DNA of 32,000 bases from Mycoplasma mycoides subsp. capri (GTDB taxonomy: Bacteria; Bacillota_I; Bacilli_A; Mycoplasmatales; Mycoplasmataceae), in NCBI RefSeq assembly GCF_018389705.1, contig NZ_CP065581.1, positions 960,001 through 992,000 of the forward strand, read 5' to 3'. The stretch's first letter is position 1. Each line of letters starts with the position of its first letter. The translations under genes and the position numbers were made by a program. Shown here one piece after another: positions 11,135-22,197 of the stretch. Under the pieces are notes generated by a model, which was given only the letters and a program-made list of their open reading frames with translations, was not told the DNA's origin and made no database searches.

Positions 11135-12846
11135 TAAGACTCAACTCCTAATTTTTCTCTAACTAAAGTAGCTATATTAGTTACTTTAGGTCCATAAATA
11201 ATTTGAACTTGATTTGAAATTTCTTTATATCCATAAGGTCTAGTTTTATCAACAATTGATTTATCAAATTTACTAATATCATGCATTGTCACTCTTAATC
11301 TAGTTACACAGTTTGCCATGATTTTAATATTTTCAGCTCCACCACAACCTTTGATAATGTTGTTGATAAACTCATCATTGATTTCATCTTTTTTAGATTC
11401 TGCTTCTAGTTTTTCAATTTCTCTTTTTTCTTTTTGTAATTCTTTATATTCTTTTTTACTTACTAGATGAGTTAATCCATTTTCTTCACGACCTGGAGTT
11501 TTATAGTTGAATTTTTTAATCATAAAGTAAAATACAACAAAATAAATTGCTCCTATTATTGGTCCTAGAACGAATGTGCCTCATACATTAGAAATTAATT
11601 TATAGTTAATTGGATTTACAATTAATCAAGTAATAATTCCACTACCTCTAGTTGTTACAGATCCAAAGTTAAATAAATACATTAACATATTTTGTAATCC
11701 TGCAAATAAAGCATGAAATACATATAATAGTGGAGCTACAAACAAGAATGTAAATTCAATAGGTTCAGTAACTCCAGATAAAAACGAAACTATTGCTGCT
11801 GAAATAATTGAAGATCCATATACTTTTCTATTAGCTTTTGGTATTACAAAAAACATTGCAAATGCAGCACCAGTTAAACTAAACATATTATTAACAAATA
11901 CACCATTTGTTGCTCAAGTATCTTGAGCTGTTATTTTTTGTTGAAATGCTAGTTTAGCTAAAGAAACATTTAAAATACCAGTAATTTGATTACCATTAGG
12001 ATCAATTCATTGTGCACCAACTGGTGTGTAATAAATAAAGAAATTTAAAACTTGATGCAGACCGAATGGAATTAAAGCACGATTAAGCGAATAGTATAAA
12101 AATGGAGAAAATGCACCTAATTTTTGTAAACTATTACCACTATAAGTCAAACCTTTACTTATATAAATTCAAATATAACCTAATCCTAAACCAAATACTC
12201 AACCAACTAAAGTTGAAGCAACTGGAGAGAATTTAGGTCCTCCAAAAAATGAAAGTACTTCAGGAAATTTTAATTTATATGTGTATTTATGAATTGTATA
12301 ACCTAATAGTCCAGCTAACATACCACCAAATGCACTATATTGAAATGACAATACCCCAAAACGTATTTTTAAACCAAAAACATCTTTAACAGTCTTTTTA
12401 ACACCTTCAAATACAATTTCTGTTTTTGAAGGATCACCATAAATGATTTTTAAAATAAGTGCTGTTGCTAAATGCATAGCAGCATATGCCATTAATCCAG
12501 ATAAGGCAGCTGAAACTTTTTCTGATTTGGCTAATCCAGCAGCTAATCCAATTGCAACGAAAAAGTCAATATTTGTAATTGCAATCATTCCTAGATCTTT
12601 AATAGCATTAATAGCTAATTCTAATCCAACTGGAGGTTTAGCACCACCTTTAGGATAAACTTGTGCTAAAATTGCTTGTCCAGTATATCCAATAGCACCA
12701 ATCAAAGCTAATAAAGGAATTACAGTAACAGGAACTAAAATAGCACGACCAAAAGTCTCTAAATTTGATCTAATGTTTATAAATAAATATTTTCATTTAG
12801 ACTGGTTTTTTGTTTTTAAGTTATTCTCCAATTTGATATTCTCCAT
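11134..12846 (-). CDS. ptsG: PTS glucose-type EIICB component, intact copy 1
   Basis: One frame across TGA codons (12846 to 11134, 571 codons incl. stop); EIIC TM region; EIIB 'GCGGAENIKIMANCVTRLRVTMHDISKFDK'. Confidence 0.9.
12199..12780 (-). repeat. Near-identical long repeat copy 1 (ptsG 5' part); partner about 13991-14560
   Basis: The two 168-aa translations differ at only a few residues; offset 1792 nt. Confidence 0.9.
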
Positions 12847-12908
12847 TATTTTTTATTATTTTCTAATCAAGTATTGTTATGAATTTTGTATATTATTTAA
12901 ATTCTTAA

Positions 12909-14620
12909 TTAAGACTCAACTCCTAATTTTTCTCTAACTAAAGTAGCTATATTAGTTACTTTAGGTCCATAAATAATTTGAACTTGGTTTCCAATTTCTT
13001 TATATCCATAAGGTTTAGTTTTATCAACAATTGATTTATCAAATTTACTAATATCATGCATTGTCACTCTTAATCTAGTTACACAATTTGCCATGATTTT
13101 AATATTTTCAGCTCCACCACAACCTTTAATAATGTTGTTGATAAACTCATCATTGATTTCATCTTTTTTAGATTCTTTTTTATCAGATTCAGCTTCTAAT
13201 TTTTCAATTTCTTTTTTTTCTTTTTGTAATTCTTTAAATTCTTTTTTACTTACTAAATGAGTCAATCCACCTTCTTCACGACCTGGTGTTTTGTAATTAA
13301 ATTGTTTAATCATAAAGTAGAAAATAGCAAAATAAATTCCACCCATAATAGGACCAAAACTCAAGTTCCTCAAACATTTTGAATTAATCTAAAGTTAGCA
13401 GGGTTAACAATTAATCAAGTAATAATTCCACTACCTCTAGTTGTTACAGATCCAAAGTTTAATAGATACATAATCATGTTTTGGAATCCTGATAAGAAAA
13501 TATGAATTAGATATAAAACAGGTGCCACAAATAAGAATGTAAATTCAATAGGTTCAGTAACTCCAGATAACATAGAAACTGCACCAGCTGAAATAATAGC
13601 TGAACCATAAACTTTTCTATTAGCTTTTGGTATTACAAAAAACATAGCTAAAGTAGCACCAGTTAAACTAAAGATTTTAGTTACATAAGTACCATTAACA
13701 ACTCAAGTATCGTCTCTAGCTGAAATTTGTTGACCTGCTGCTAATTTTGCTAAAGCAACGTTAATAGCTCCTTCAATAGCTTTACCGTCTGGTCCAACTC
13801 ATCTAGCTCCAATTGGAGTGTAATATACAAAGAAGTTTAATACGTGATGAATTCCAAATGGAAGTAAAGCACGCTCAGCTGAAGCATATAAGAATGGTGA
13901 AAATGCACCTAATTTTCTTAATCCTTCTCCACTAGCATATAAACCTTTATTAATATAAACTCAAACATAACCTAACCCTAAACCAAATACTCAACCAGCT
14001 AAAGTTGAAGCAACTGGAGAGAATTTAGGTCCTCCAAAAAATGAAAGTACTTCAGGAAATTTTAATTTATAAGTATATTTGTGAACAGTATAACCTAATA
14101 GTCCAGCTAACATACCACCAAATGCACTATATTGAAATGACAATACCCCAAAACGTATTTTTAAACCAAAAACATCTTTAACAGTCTTTTTAACACCTTC
14201 AAAGACAATTTCTGTTTTTGAAGGATCACCATAAATAATCTTTAAAATAAGTGCTGTTGCTAAATGCATAGCAGCATATGCCATTAATCCAGATAAGGCA
14301 GCTGAAACTTTTTCTGATTTGGCCAATCCAGCAGCTAATCCAATTGCAACTAAAAAGTCAATATTTGTAATTGCAATCATCCCTAGATCTTTAATAGCAT
14401 TAATAGCCAGTTCTAATCCAACTGGGGGTTTAGCACCACCTTTAGGATAAACTTGTGCTAAAATCGCTTGTCCAGTATATCCAATAGCACCAATCAAAGC
14501 TAATAAAGGAATTACAGTAACAGGAACTAAAATAGCACGCCCAAATTGTTCTAAACCAGCTCTAAATGCAGATAATCAAGATTTCATACTGTCTTTTGAA
14601 AATTTTGATTTAGAATCCAT
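12909..14620 (-). pseudogene. ptsG: PTS glucose-type EIICB component, copy 2, with a -1 frameshift between EIIC and EIIB
   Basis: EIIC frame 14620 down to about 13340 then premature end at 13253; EIIB readable only in another frame (12909-13373). Homologous spot in copy 1 is 'GTTCTAGGACCA', here 'GTTTTGGTCCT' (one nt short). AGGAGG SD upstream of ATG. Confidence 0.8.
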
Positions 14621-14829
14621 ATTAATTCTTTTCCTCCTTACTTATATCTTAGTTTTGTTAAACAACAGTGATAGAAAATGACAAATTATTATTTTTATAT
14701 TTTTTACATATTTTGTAAAAAATCATAGTTTATAACTATTTTCAAGTTAAAAATTAATAATTTTAAATTTTGAGGTTAATAACAGCTAATCTATTATATT
14801 CAAAATTATTTAATGAATATAATATTGGG

Positions 14830-14835
14830 TATAAT
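14830..14835 (+). promoter_or_regulatory. Candidate -10 (TATAAT) of the AlbA_2 gene, next to a direct repeat
   Basis: TATAAT at 14830; a second TATAAT at 14851; repeat TAATTATGGAA at 14835-14845 and 14878-14888. Confidence 0.4.
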
Positions 14836-14882
14836 AATTATGGAAATGAGTATAATTAAAATAGTTTGGTGGGTAACTAATT

Positions 14883-16262
14883 ATGGAAGATAAAAATATT
14901 GAATATAAATATGATATATCTGATAAGAATAATTCTTTTAAAAGAGAAATTGTAGCTTTTTTAAATACTAAAGGTGGAGAAATTCATCTTGGAGTTACTG
15001 ATGATGGTCTTATTGACAAACAACAGATTTTAGAAAATAGAAAACAATGAGAACAAACTATTTCTAATTGACTAGTAGATTCATTTTATCCTGATGTTTT
15101 AGATTTTATAACTATAGATCCTAACTCTTTTCCTTTTATAATTAAAATTTCTGAAGGTAGATCAAAACCATATTGTTATAAAACTAAAGGAAGTTATGAT
15201 TTTAATAATATTTATATTAGGTTTTCATCAAGAACAGTTAAAGCAAGTGTTGAACAAATTAAAAAGATGTTATTAGAAAGTGTTTCAATACAATGTGATA
15301 ATTCATTAATTTATACTACAGATTTAACTTTTAATTATGTTGAACAAAAATTTAATAACGCAAATATTGCATTTAATAAGGCAGCATTATCACTAATTAA
15401 TAAAAATGGAATTTATACTAAAACTGCTTTATTTTTAAGTGATCAAAATCCATTAATAACAAAATTTGCAGTTTATCAGTCAATTGATAATAAAGTATTT
15501 TTAGATAGACAAAACTTAGATGGATCAATGATTAAACAAATTGATAGCCTGTTATTTTTGTGTAATCTAAAAAATGAAACAAAAACTATTATTACAAACC
15601 AAGCTAAAAGAATTGAAATTAAAAATTATCCTGAATCATCTTTAAGAGAGATTATATTAAATTGTTTTTGTCATAGAGATTATTTATCTACTGAAGATAT
15701 AAAAGTTGAAATTTATTCAGATAGAATTGAGTTCTATTCACCAGGATCATTTCCTTATAATTTAACTTTACAAGAAGCTAAAAATGGTTGATCTTATAAA
15801 AGAAATTTCACTATTTGTGATATTTTATATAAACTTAAATTTATTGAAAACTATGCTTCAGGAATAAGAAGAGTTTTTGATGAGTACAAAGGTTTTGAAA
15901 AACAACCTGAGTTTTTTATAGAGCCAAGTTTTGTAAAAGTAATTTTATATAATAGAAACTTTGATACTAAAAATGATGATCTTAAAACAAGTCTAATTCA
16001 AACTGATTTAATTTCAAATCAAACTACTAATGATAATTTAAAACCTATAATTACTAGTAAAAAAATAAAAAAAGAACAAAGAATAGAATTAATTTTAGAA
16101 TTATTAGCTAAACAGCCTAATATTTCTTATAATGAATTAATGTCGATTTTAAATGTAACAAAATCAACAATTCAAAGAGATATTTCAAAATTAAAAGATA
16201 AAAATCTAATTGATAATTTAGGCGACACTAGAACAAATAAATGAATAGTAAAAAACAACTAG
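14883..16262 (+). CDS. AlbA_2/Schlafen-domain ATP-binding transcriptional regulator with C-terminal HTH
   Basis: 'FKREIVAFLNTKGGEIHLGVTDDGLI' (AlbA_2), 'LREIILNCFCHRDYLSTEDIKVEIYSDRIEFYSPGSFP' (C-terminal AAA_4-like), C-terminal 'ISYNELMSILNVTKSTIQRDISKLKDKNLI'; TGA=Trp. Confidence 0.87.
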
Positions 16263-17074
16263 ACTAAATTAGTTGTTTTTACTTTTTCTTGAAATTTTAA
16301 ATTATTTAAATCTATTTGATTAATGATTAGTAAAAAGATTAGATCTAAAATATATTGAATTTTATATTTTTCTATCATTGGATTAGATCTATTATCATTT
16401 ATAAAAAAGTTGTTTTCACTACCATGAATATGATAATCAACTTTTATGTCAGTTTTTAATATTGGTGAAGATGTAATTCCAATAATTGTATTTGGTTTTC
16501 TTTTAGAAATAAAGTTTAAATAACGATTAATTTTACTATTATTTCCTGAAGTTGAAATTACAATAATACAAGCCTGTTTAACATTATAAGCTCTTGAATC
16601 AAATAAATTAGAAAATAATTCAACAGATAAATTTAATTCTAATAATTGGAAAAATAAAAAATTAGCTAATATTTTAGTTTTTCCAGTACAAAATAAAATA
16701 ATTTTTTTACTTGATAAAATTTTACAAACAACTTCTTTTAAATAATTAATATCTAAATTAGTTTTTAATTGTTTTAGTGAATCTTCTAATCTATTTTCAA
16801 ATTCGTCTATGATATTATCAAAAGATACTTTTGTTTCATCTTTAAAAAAATTAGAATTATTTTCTAAATAAGAAATTAATTGTTTTAACCCACCAATTTC
16901 AAGTTTAACTAAAGTTTTAGTAATCACTGAAGGTTGAACATTTAGTTTTTTACAAATCGATTTAACAGAAAAATTATGATAATCAGAAATATTAGTTAGA
17001 ATATAATCACACACTTTTAATTCTTGTGGAGATAGATTAATTTTATTTTGTTTAATCTTTTCAATAATATTCAC
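16259..17074 (-). CDS. MurR/RpiR-family transcriptional regulator (HTH + SIS domain)
   Basis: N-terminal 'LSPQELKVCDYILTNISDYHNFSVKSICKKLNVQPSVITKTLVKLEIGGLKQL', SIS-like 'IILFCTGKTKILANFLFFQLL...IIVISTSGNNSKINRYL'. Confidence 0.88.
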   Translation of the reverse strand: MNIIEKIKQNKINLSPQELKVCDYILTNISDYHNFSVKSICKKLNVQPSVITKTLVKLEIGGLKQLISYLENNSNFFKDETKVSFDNIIDEFENRLEDSLKQLKTNLDINYLKEVVCKILSSKKIILFCTGKTKILANFLFFQLLELNLSVELFSNLFDSRAYNVKQACIIVISTSGNNSKINRYLNFISKRKPNTIIGITSSPILKTDIKVDYHIHGSENNFFINDNRSNPMIEKYKIQYILDLIFLLIINQIDLNNLKFQEKVKTTNLV

Positions 17075-17194
17075 AATTTATTCTCCTAGATTATTATTAC
17101 TTAAAATAATTATAACTTTTATTGATAAGAACCATTTTAAGTCTAGAAAAAAGGATTAAATTAAAGTAAATAATTAATAAATAAATTAAATACT

Positions 17195-17224
17195 TTGTGT
17201 AATTTTTTATAGATAATATATAAT
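17195..17224 (+). promoter_or_regulatory. Candidate topA promoter
   Basis: TTGTGT, 18 nt spacer, TATAAT; 38 nt upstream of ATG. Confidence 0.4.
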
Positions 17225-17261
17225 TTTTGAGTTATCTAAATAAGTTGAGTAAGGAGAAAAA

Positions 17262-19223
17262 ATGAAAGTTTTAGTATTATTAGAGTCACCATCAAAAATA
17301 GAAAAAATCAAACATTATTTAGAAGAGAGTTTTCCAGAGAATCAATTTGTTGTTTTAGCTAGTGGTGGTCATATTAATAGTATTGCTGATAAGGGAGCTT
17401 GAGGACTTGGTATTGATTTAGAAACTATGCAACCTGATTTTGTTATTGATAGTTCTAGAAAAAAGATAATTAGTCAAATTAAAAAAGAAGGAAAGACTGC
17501 TGATTTAATTATTTTAGCTTCAGATCCAGATAGAGAAGGAGAAGCTATTGCTTATCATTTAGCTAATTTATTTAAAGATCATACTAATATTAAAAGAATT
17601 ACATTTAATGAAATTACTAGTGAAGCTATAACTAATGCATTTAATAATTTAAGAGATATTGATATGAACTTAGTAAATGCACAAATTTCAAGACAAATTC
17701 TAGATAAAATTATTGGTTATTTAGTTTCTAAATCACTTCAAAAATCTACTGGATTAATGAGTGCTGGAAGAGTACAAACTCCTGCTTTAAATATTCTAAC
17801 AACAAGAGATACTTTAATTAAAAACTTTAAAGAAGTGCTTTATAAAAAGATTTTTGTAATTGAATCAAAAAGAGCAATTAATTTAAGTTTGGTTAAAGAT
17901 AAAAATAATGTTTTAGTTAATACTGAAAAGACTTATTATATTGATGAAAAACAAGCAAAAACTATTGTTGATGAATTAGGTGAAGTTTATAGATGTACTG
18001 ATTATAAATCAACTGCTTATGAAACAAGAAGTTTCAAACCTTATTCAACAGCTGGTTTATTACAAGATGGATTTACTAAACTAAAATTAAGTACTAGTCA
18101 AATAACTTTAGCAGCTCAAAAACTATATGAATTAGGTTATATTACATATATTCGTACAGATTCAGTTAAATATTCTTCTCAATTTATAAATGAAGTAAAG
18201 GATTATATTTCAAAAAATTATTCTTCTGATTTATTTAAAGCTCCAGTTGTTGGTAAAAAAGATCAAAACAGTCAAGAAGCTCATGAATCAATTAGACCAA
18301 CAAATATTTGATTAACACCTGAAAAAGCTAGTTTAGAAATTGAAGATAATTTATTAAAAAGAGTTTATAACTTAATTTGATGAAACTCAATTAAATCTTT
18401 GATGAAAGGTCCTTCTGGATTTAATCATAGATGAACTTTTAATAATAACGGATATGAGTTTAAACAATCATGACAAGAAGTTAAGGATTTAGGTTATCAA
18501 GCAATTAAGCACTCTTCAAGTGATGAAAATATTGAATTAACTGATGATGGTGAAGAAGTTGTTAAAACTAAAGATCCAAAACCAGAGTATCAATTTAATG
18601 ATGATTTTGAAATTAATGTTTCTAAAAAATATATTAAAATTGAAGACGCTAAAACTAATCCACCTAAAATGTTTAATCAAGCTAGTTTAATTAAGGAGTT
18701 AAAAAATTTAGGTATTGGTAGACCATCAACTTATAACCCAATTCTAACTAAATTAAAAGATCGTGAATATGTTGAATTTCCTAAATCAAAACCAATTGTT
18801 GTAACAAATAAAGGATATTCAGCTAATCAGTATTTATATGATCACTACTTAGACTTTTTTAACTTAAATTACACTGCTGAAATGGAAGAAAAACTAGATG
18901 AAATTACTAAAGGTAGTTTTGATTATGTTAACTGATTAAAAGAAATTTATAATGCTTTAAATATTAAAGTTAAAAAAGAGATTGGTGAAGCTAAAACTGA
19001 AGCAATTTGTCCTAGATGTGGTGCTAATTTAGTATATATTAAATCAAGATTTAATAGAGGTAGAGGATGTTCAAACTTCACTAAAACAAAATGTGGTTAT
19101 AGAGAATATGAACAACCTGATGGAACTTGAAAAGAATATGTTAAAGAAGAAAAACCACAAGAAGAAAGTTCAACTGAAACAAAATCTACTAAAAAATCAA
19201 AAACTAAACAAGATAGTAAATAA
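17262..19223 (+). CDS. topA: DNA topoisomerase I
   Basis: TOPRIM 'VLLLESPSKIEKIKHYLEESFPENQFVVLASGGH', 'ILASDPDREGEAIAYHL', active site 'YITYIRTDS', 'IGRPSTYNPIL', C-terminal Cys cluster; TGA=Trp. Confidence 0.96.
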
Positions 19224-19231
19224 TATGAAAT

Positions 19232-19257
19232 AATCCTTCGCAAGAAGGATTTTTGTT
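19232..19257 (+). terminator. Intrinsic terminator after topA
   Basis: ATCCTTC-GCAA-GAAGGAT-TTTT. Confidence 0.85.
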
Positions 19258-19350
19258 TGGTCTAGTATTAATAAAATTATTAGAAATTAAAAGTATAAAA
19301 AAGCAGTACTTTAATTAGTACTGCATTAACAATGAAAGTTTATTTATGAA

Positions 19351-20094
19351 TTAATTGTTACCACTATTGTTACGATTTGTTCAATCAGAGTTTTCGATTA
19401 TTCAATCAGAAGCTTCTTCAGCTGCTCTTCTTCCTTCTTCACTAACACCACTTCAATTTGCTCTTCCATTAATAGTGTCAGAATTTCTAACTACAGCATC
19501 ATTAAATTCGGCAGATTCTTTTTTACGTTTTTCTAAATCATACTTATAAGTAGCTTCAGCTATTGTATCATCAAACAATAATTCCGTAATTTTTGAAGAA
19601 GATTCAGCATGATCTTTTCTATGTGCTTCTTCTTCAGCATCTCTTTTATCAGAATAAGTTCTAGCTATATCATGTCCGGTTGCACTATCATAATAAACTC
19701 TATCTCAAGTAAGAGTATTATTTGGTGTTTTTGGGGTAATTTCACCATTAGGTCGAACCGCTGGAGTACCGTTTACAAAACTTGAATTATGAATGGTTCC
19801 AACTCATGAACTTGGATTACCACTTACAAAATGTCTATTAAAAATAGTGTCTGGGTAAGTTTTTGGATTATAATTATCAGTTGGTTTTTTTTCTCCATCA
19901 GGTTTTTTGTCTTCACCTGGTTTTTTATCATCATCTTTTTTACCAGGTTTTTCAGAACCACCACTATTAGATGGATTTTCATCTTTGTCTTTATTTGCAG
20001 GTTGACTAGGATTAGTATTATTACATGCAACAACTAAGGCTGCACTACTTGTTCCAATCATTAGAGAACCTAATATTGTTAGTAATTTTTTCAT
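19351..20094 (-). CDS. Putative lipoprotein with Lys/Asp/Pro-rich low-complexity linker
   Basis: 'MKKLLTILGSLMIGTSSAALVVACNNTNPSQPANKDKDENPSNSGGSEKPGKKDDDKKPGEDKKPDGEKK'; continues through TGA to TAA at 19351. Confidence 0.88.
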
Positions 20095-20193
20095 ATATTC
20101 ACACCTATAATTTAAAAATTAAATAAATACACGCCTTAGGCATGTGTATATAATAATTTTACTAAGTTCGTATTTTACCAATTTTAAAGTTGC

Positions 20194-20210
20194 AAAAAAA
20201 AAAAAAAAAA
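20194..20210. repeat. 17-nt poly-A (plus strand) homopolymer tract
   Basis: Direct count of the run TTGC-A17-TAAATCC. Confidence 0.95.
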
Positions 20211-20376
20211 TAAATCCAGCTTAGTACTCATCAAACTTTTTATGAATAAAGAAGTATTAAAAAAAATACAAAAATTTTTGTTAAGTGCTTATTTTACTTA
20301 ATGATTTGAAAGAAATTGAAAGCATAAAACTCAAAAATCTCTATTGCATAAGTTTATGCTATGTGCTATTTTAATA

Positions 20377-20440
20377 AGGTAGGTTGTATATTCACACGAT
20401 ATAATTTACAAGTTTAGTTATTTCTAGTAATATCCTACCT
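20377..20440. repeat. Long-range inverted repeat AGGTAGG...CCTACCT
   Basis: Arms 20377-20383 and 20434-20440. Confidence 0.5.
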
Positions 20441-20454
20441 AGAACAACTAAAAC

Positions 20455-20484
20455 AAAAACAGCTTTTAAAAAGCTGTTTTTTTG
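20455..20484. terminator. Bidirectional-type terminator at the 3' end of operon A
   Basis: AAAAACAGCTTTTAAAAAGCTGTTTTTTT. Confidence 0.8.
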
Positions 20485-20495
20485 TATTATAAATT

Positions 20496-21380
20496 TTATC
20501 TATCTGTATGAATATCAACATTTATTAAAGCTAATCTTAATGGTTTACCACCAAATTGTTCATTATATTTAGTATGGGTTTGATCTTTTGCATTTTTTAA
20601 ATGCAATATTTCTCCTTTAACATATTGTTTTAAATCAAAATGTAAAAATGGATCATAAAGGTTTTTATAAAAATCAGGGTGAATATGAATATAACTATTA
20701 ATATCTACTTCTCATTTTTCATTTTTTTTATTAATATCAATTGTAAAAATATTTCAATCAGTTGAAAGTAAATATAATACATAATCATCATTGTTTTTTT
20801 GTTCTAAAACAACTTGTTGCATCTCATTAGATTTTATTTTTCTAAATGCATTATAGTTCAAACTATCTTTTTGAGAATTAATTGATGCTTGGTCTCTTTG
20901 ATTAATGAATTGATCTGAAATATCAAATAAAACATATTCAAATTTATCAAGATTAAAAAGTGTTCATAATCAATTATTTTTTAAAAACTCATCTAGTTTT
21001 TTACTATTTTCTTTTCTTAATAAAGGTTCTTTTTCTTTTTGTCCAGATTCAGCACCATCATAACTATAATTAGCAACAACACCATTACTATAAGCTAAAT
21101 AATCTTTTAAATTATTTAAAGATTTATTTGTATCTAATAATTTTTGTTCTTGAATATATTTATCTTTTTGTTTTAAGTCTTTATAAACTAAATTCAAAAG
21201 CATATCTACATAATCATAATTTAAAAACAGATCTCATTTAGCTTTATTATTTTCTAGTTTTAATTCAATTTTTTGAATATCTTTATTCTTGTTTGAAAAT
21301 GAAAAATAAGTAACTAAGCTAATTAGTAATATAGAAATTAGTGAAATTATTACATAAAGATATTTTTTATTCTTTTTCAT
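20496..21380 (-). CDS. Operon A surface protein 3 (N-terminal TM anchor)
   Basis: 'MKKNKKYLFVIISLISILLISLVTYFSFSNKNKD'; motif 'NNWLWTLFNLDKFEYVLFD'; TGA=Trp; ATG overlaps end of upstream gene by 14 nt. Confidence 0.85.
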
Positions 21381-22197
21381 AATTATCTCCTAAAAGAAAT
21401 ATTCCAAGTAATGCTAAATTATATTCACCAATTATTTCTTTTTCAAAAGTTGAGTGCACTTGATCTTTATGAATAACAGCATGCAGTATATTTGATATTA
21501 CTTCTAAACTTATAGTATTATGTTTTGATTGGTTAAATAAAATAATTTTATCAATAACTACTTTAGGTTCTTTTTTAGAAATTAATAGTCTAAAAATTAA
21601 TTTATCTTTTCTTAGATAATAAATATTATTAGTACCATGTTTTGATTCTTCACCAAGTAAATATTTATTAAAATAATTGTCATCAAAATTGAAGGTTTTA
21701 TTTAATAATTTTTCTTTTTTAGTTTCTTTTAAAAAATCTTTACTATGTTGATTTACAGGTTCTAGTTTTCAAAAATCTAAAGCTTTATATTCAAATTTAG
21801 AAATGTTATTTAGTAAAAATAATCAATTTGTTGAATAAAAATCAAATAATTTATTTATATTATTTTGATCTTGATTTTTTTTATATTCTTCACTTAATTC
21901 TTTTGCTTTTAAAAATAATTCTTTTATATTGTTTTCTTTGGTTTGTGATTTTATAAACTGTTCTTGTTGAGCTAGATGATTTTTAAAAGTATTAGCTAAT
22001 AAAACATCAATCATTTCTTTAGTTTGATTTTCTTTAACATCATTAATACTTACATTAATATTAAATCCACTAACAGGTTTAAATACTTCATCTTTATCAT
22101 TTTTATTTACTTTTAATAAAAAAGGAATAACAATAAAAGGAATAATTGCAAAAAAGATTGATATATAAGTAAGAATGGTTTTTTTATTTTTCTTCAT
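21367..22197 (-). CDS. Operon A surface protein 2 (N-terminal TM anchor)
   Basis: 'MKKNKKTILTYISIFFAIIPFIVIPFLLKVNK'; motif 'TNWLFLLNNISKFEYKALDFWKLE'; TGA=Trp. Confidence 0.85.

Noticed and set aside
12443-12658. 71-aa plus-strand ORF opposite ptsG copy 1
   Set aside because: Antisense to a strongly conserved EIIC region; no RBS; composition artefact.
19355-19549. 64-aa plus-strand ORF antisense to the lipoprotein
   Set aside because: Reverse complement of the lipoprotein C-terminus, no support of its own.
19824-20037. Alternate-frame ORFs 19824-20033 (-) and 19831-20037 (+)
   Set aside because: Off-frame translations of the Lys/Asp/Pro-rich low-complexity linker of the real lipoprotein.
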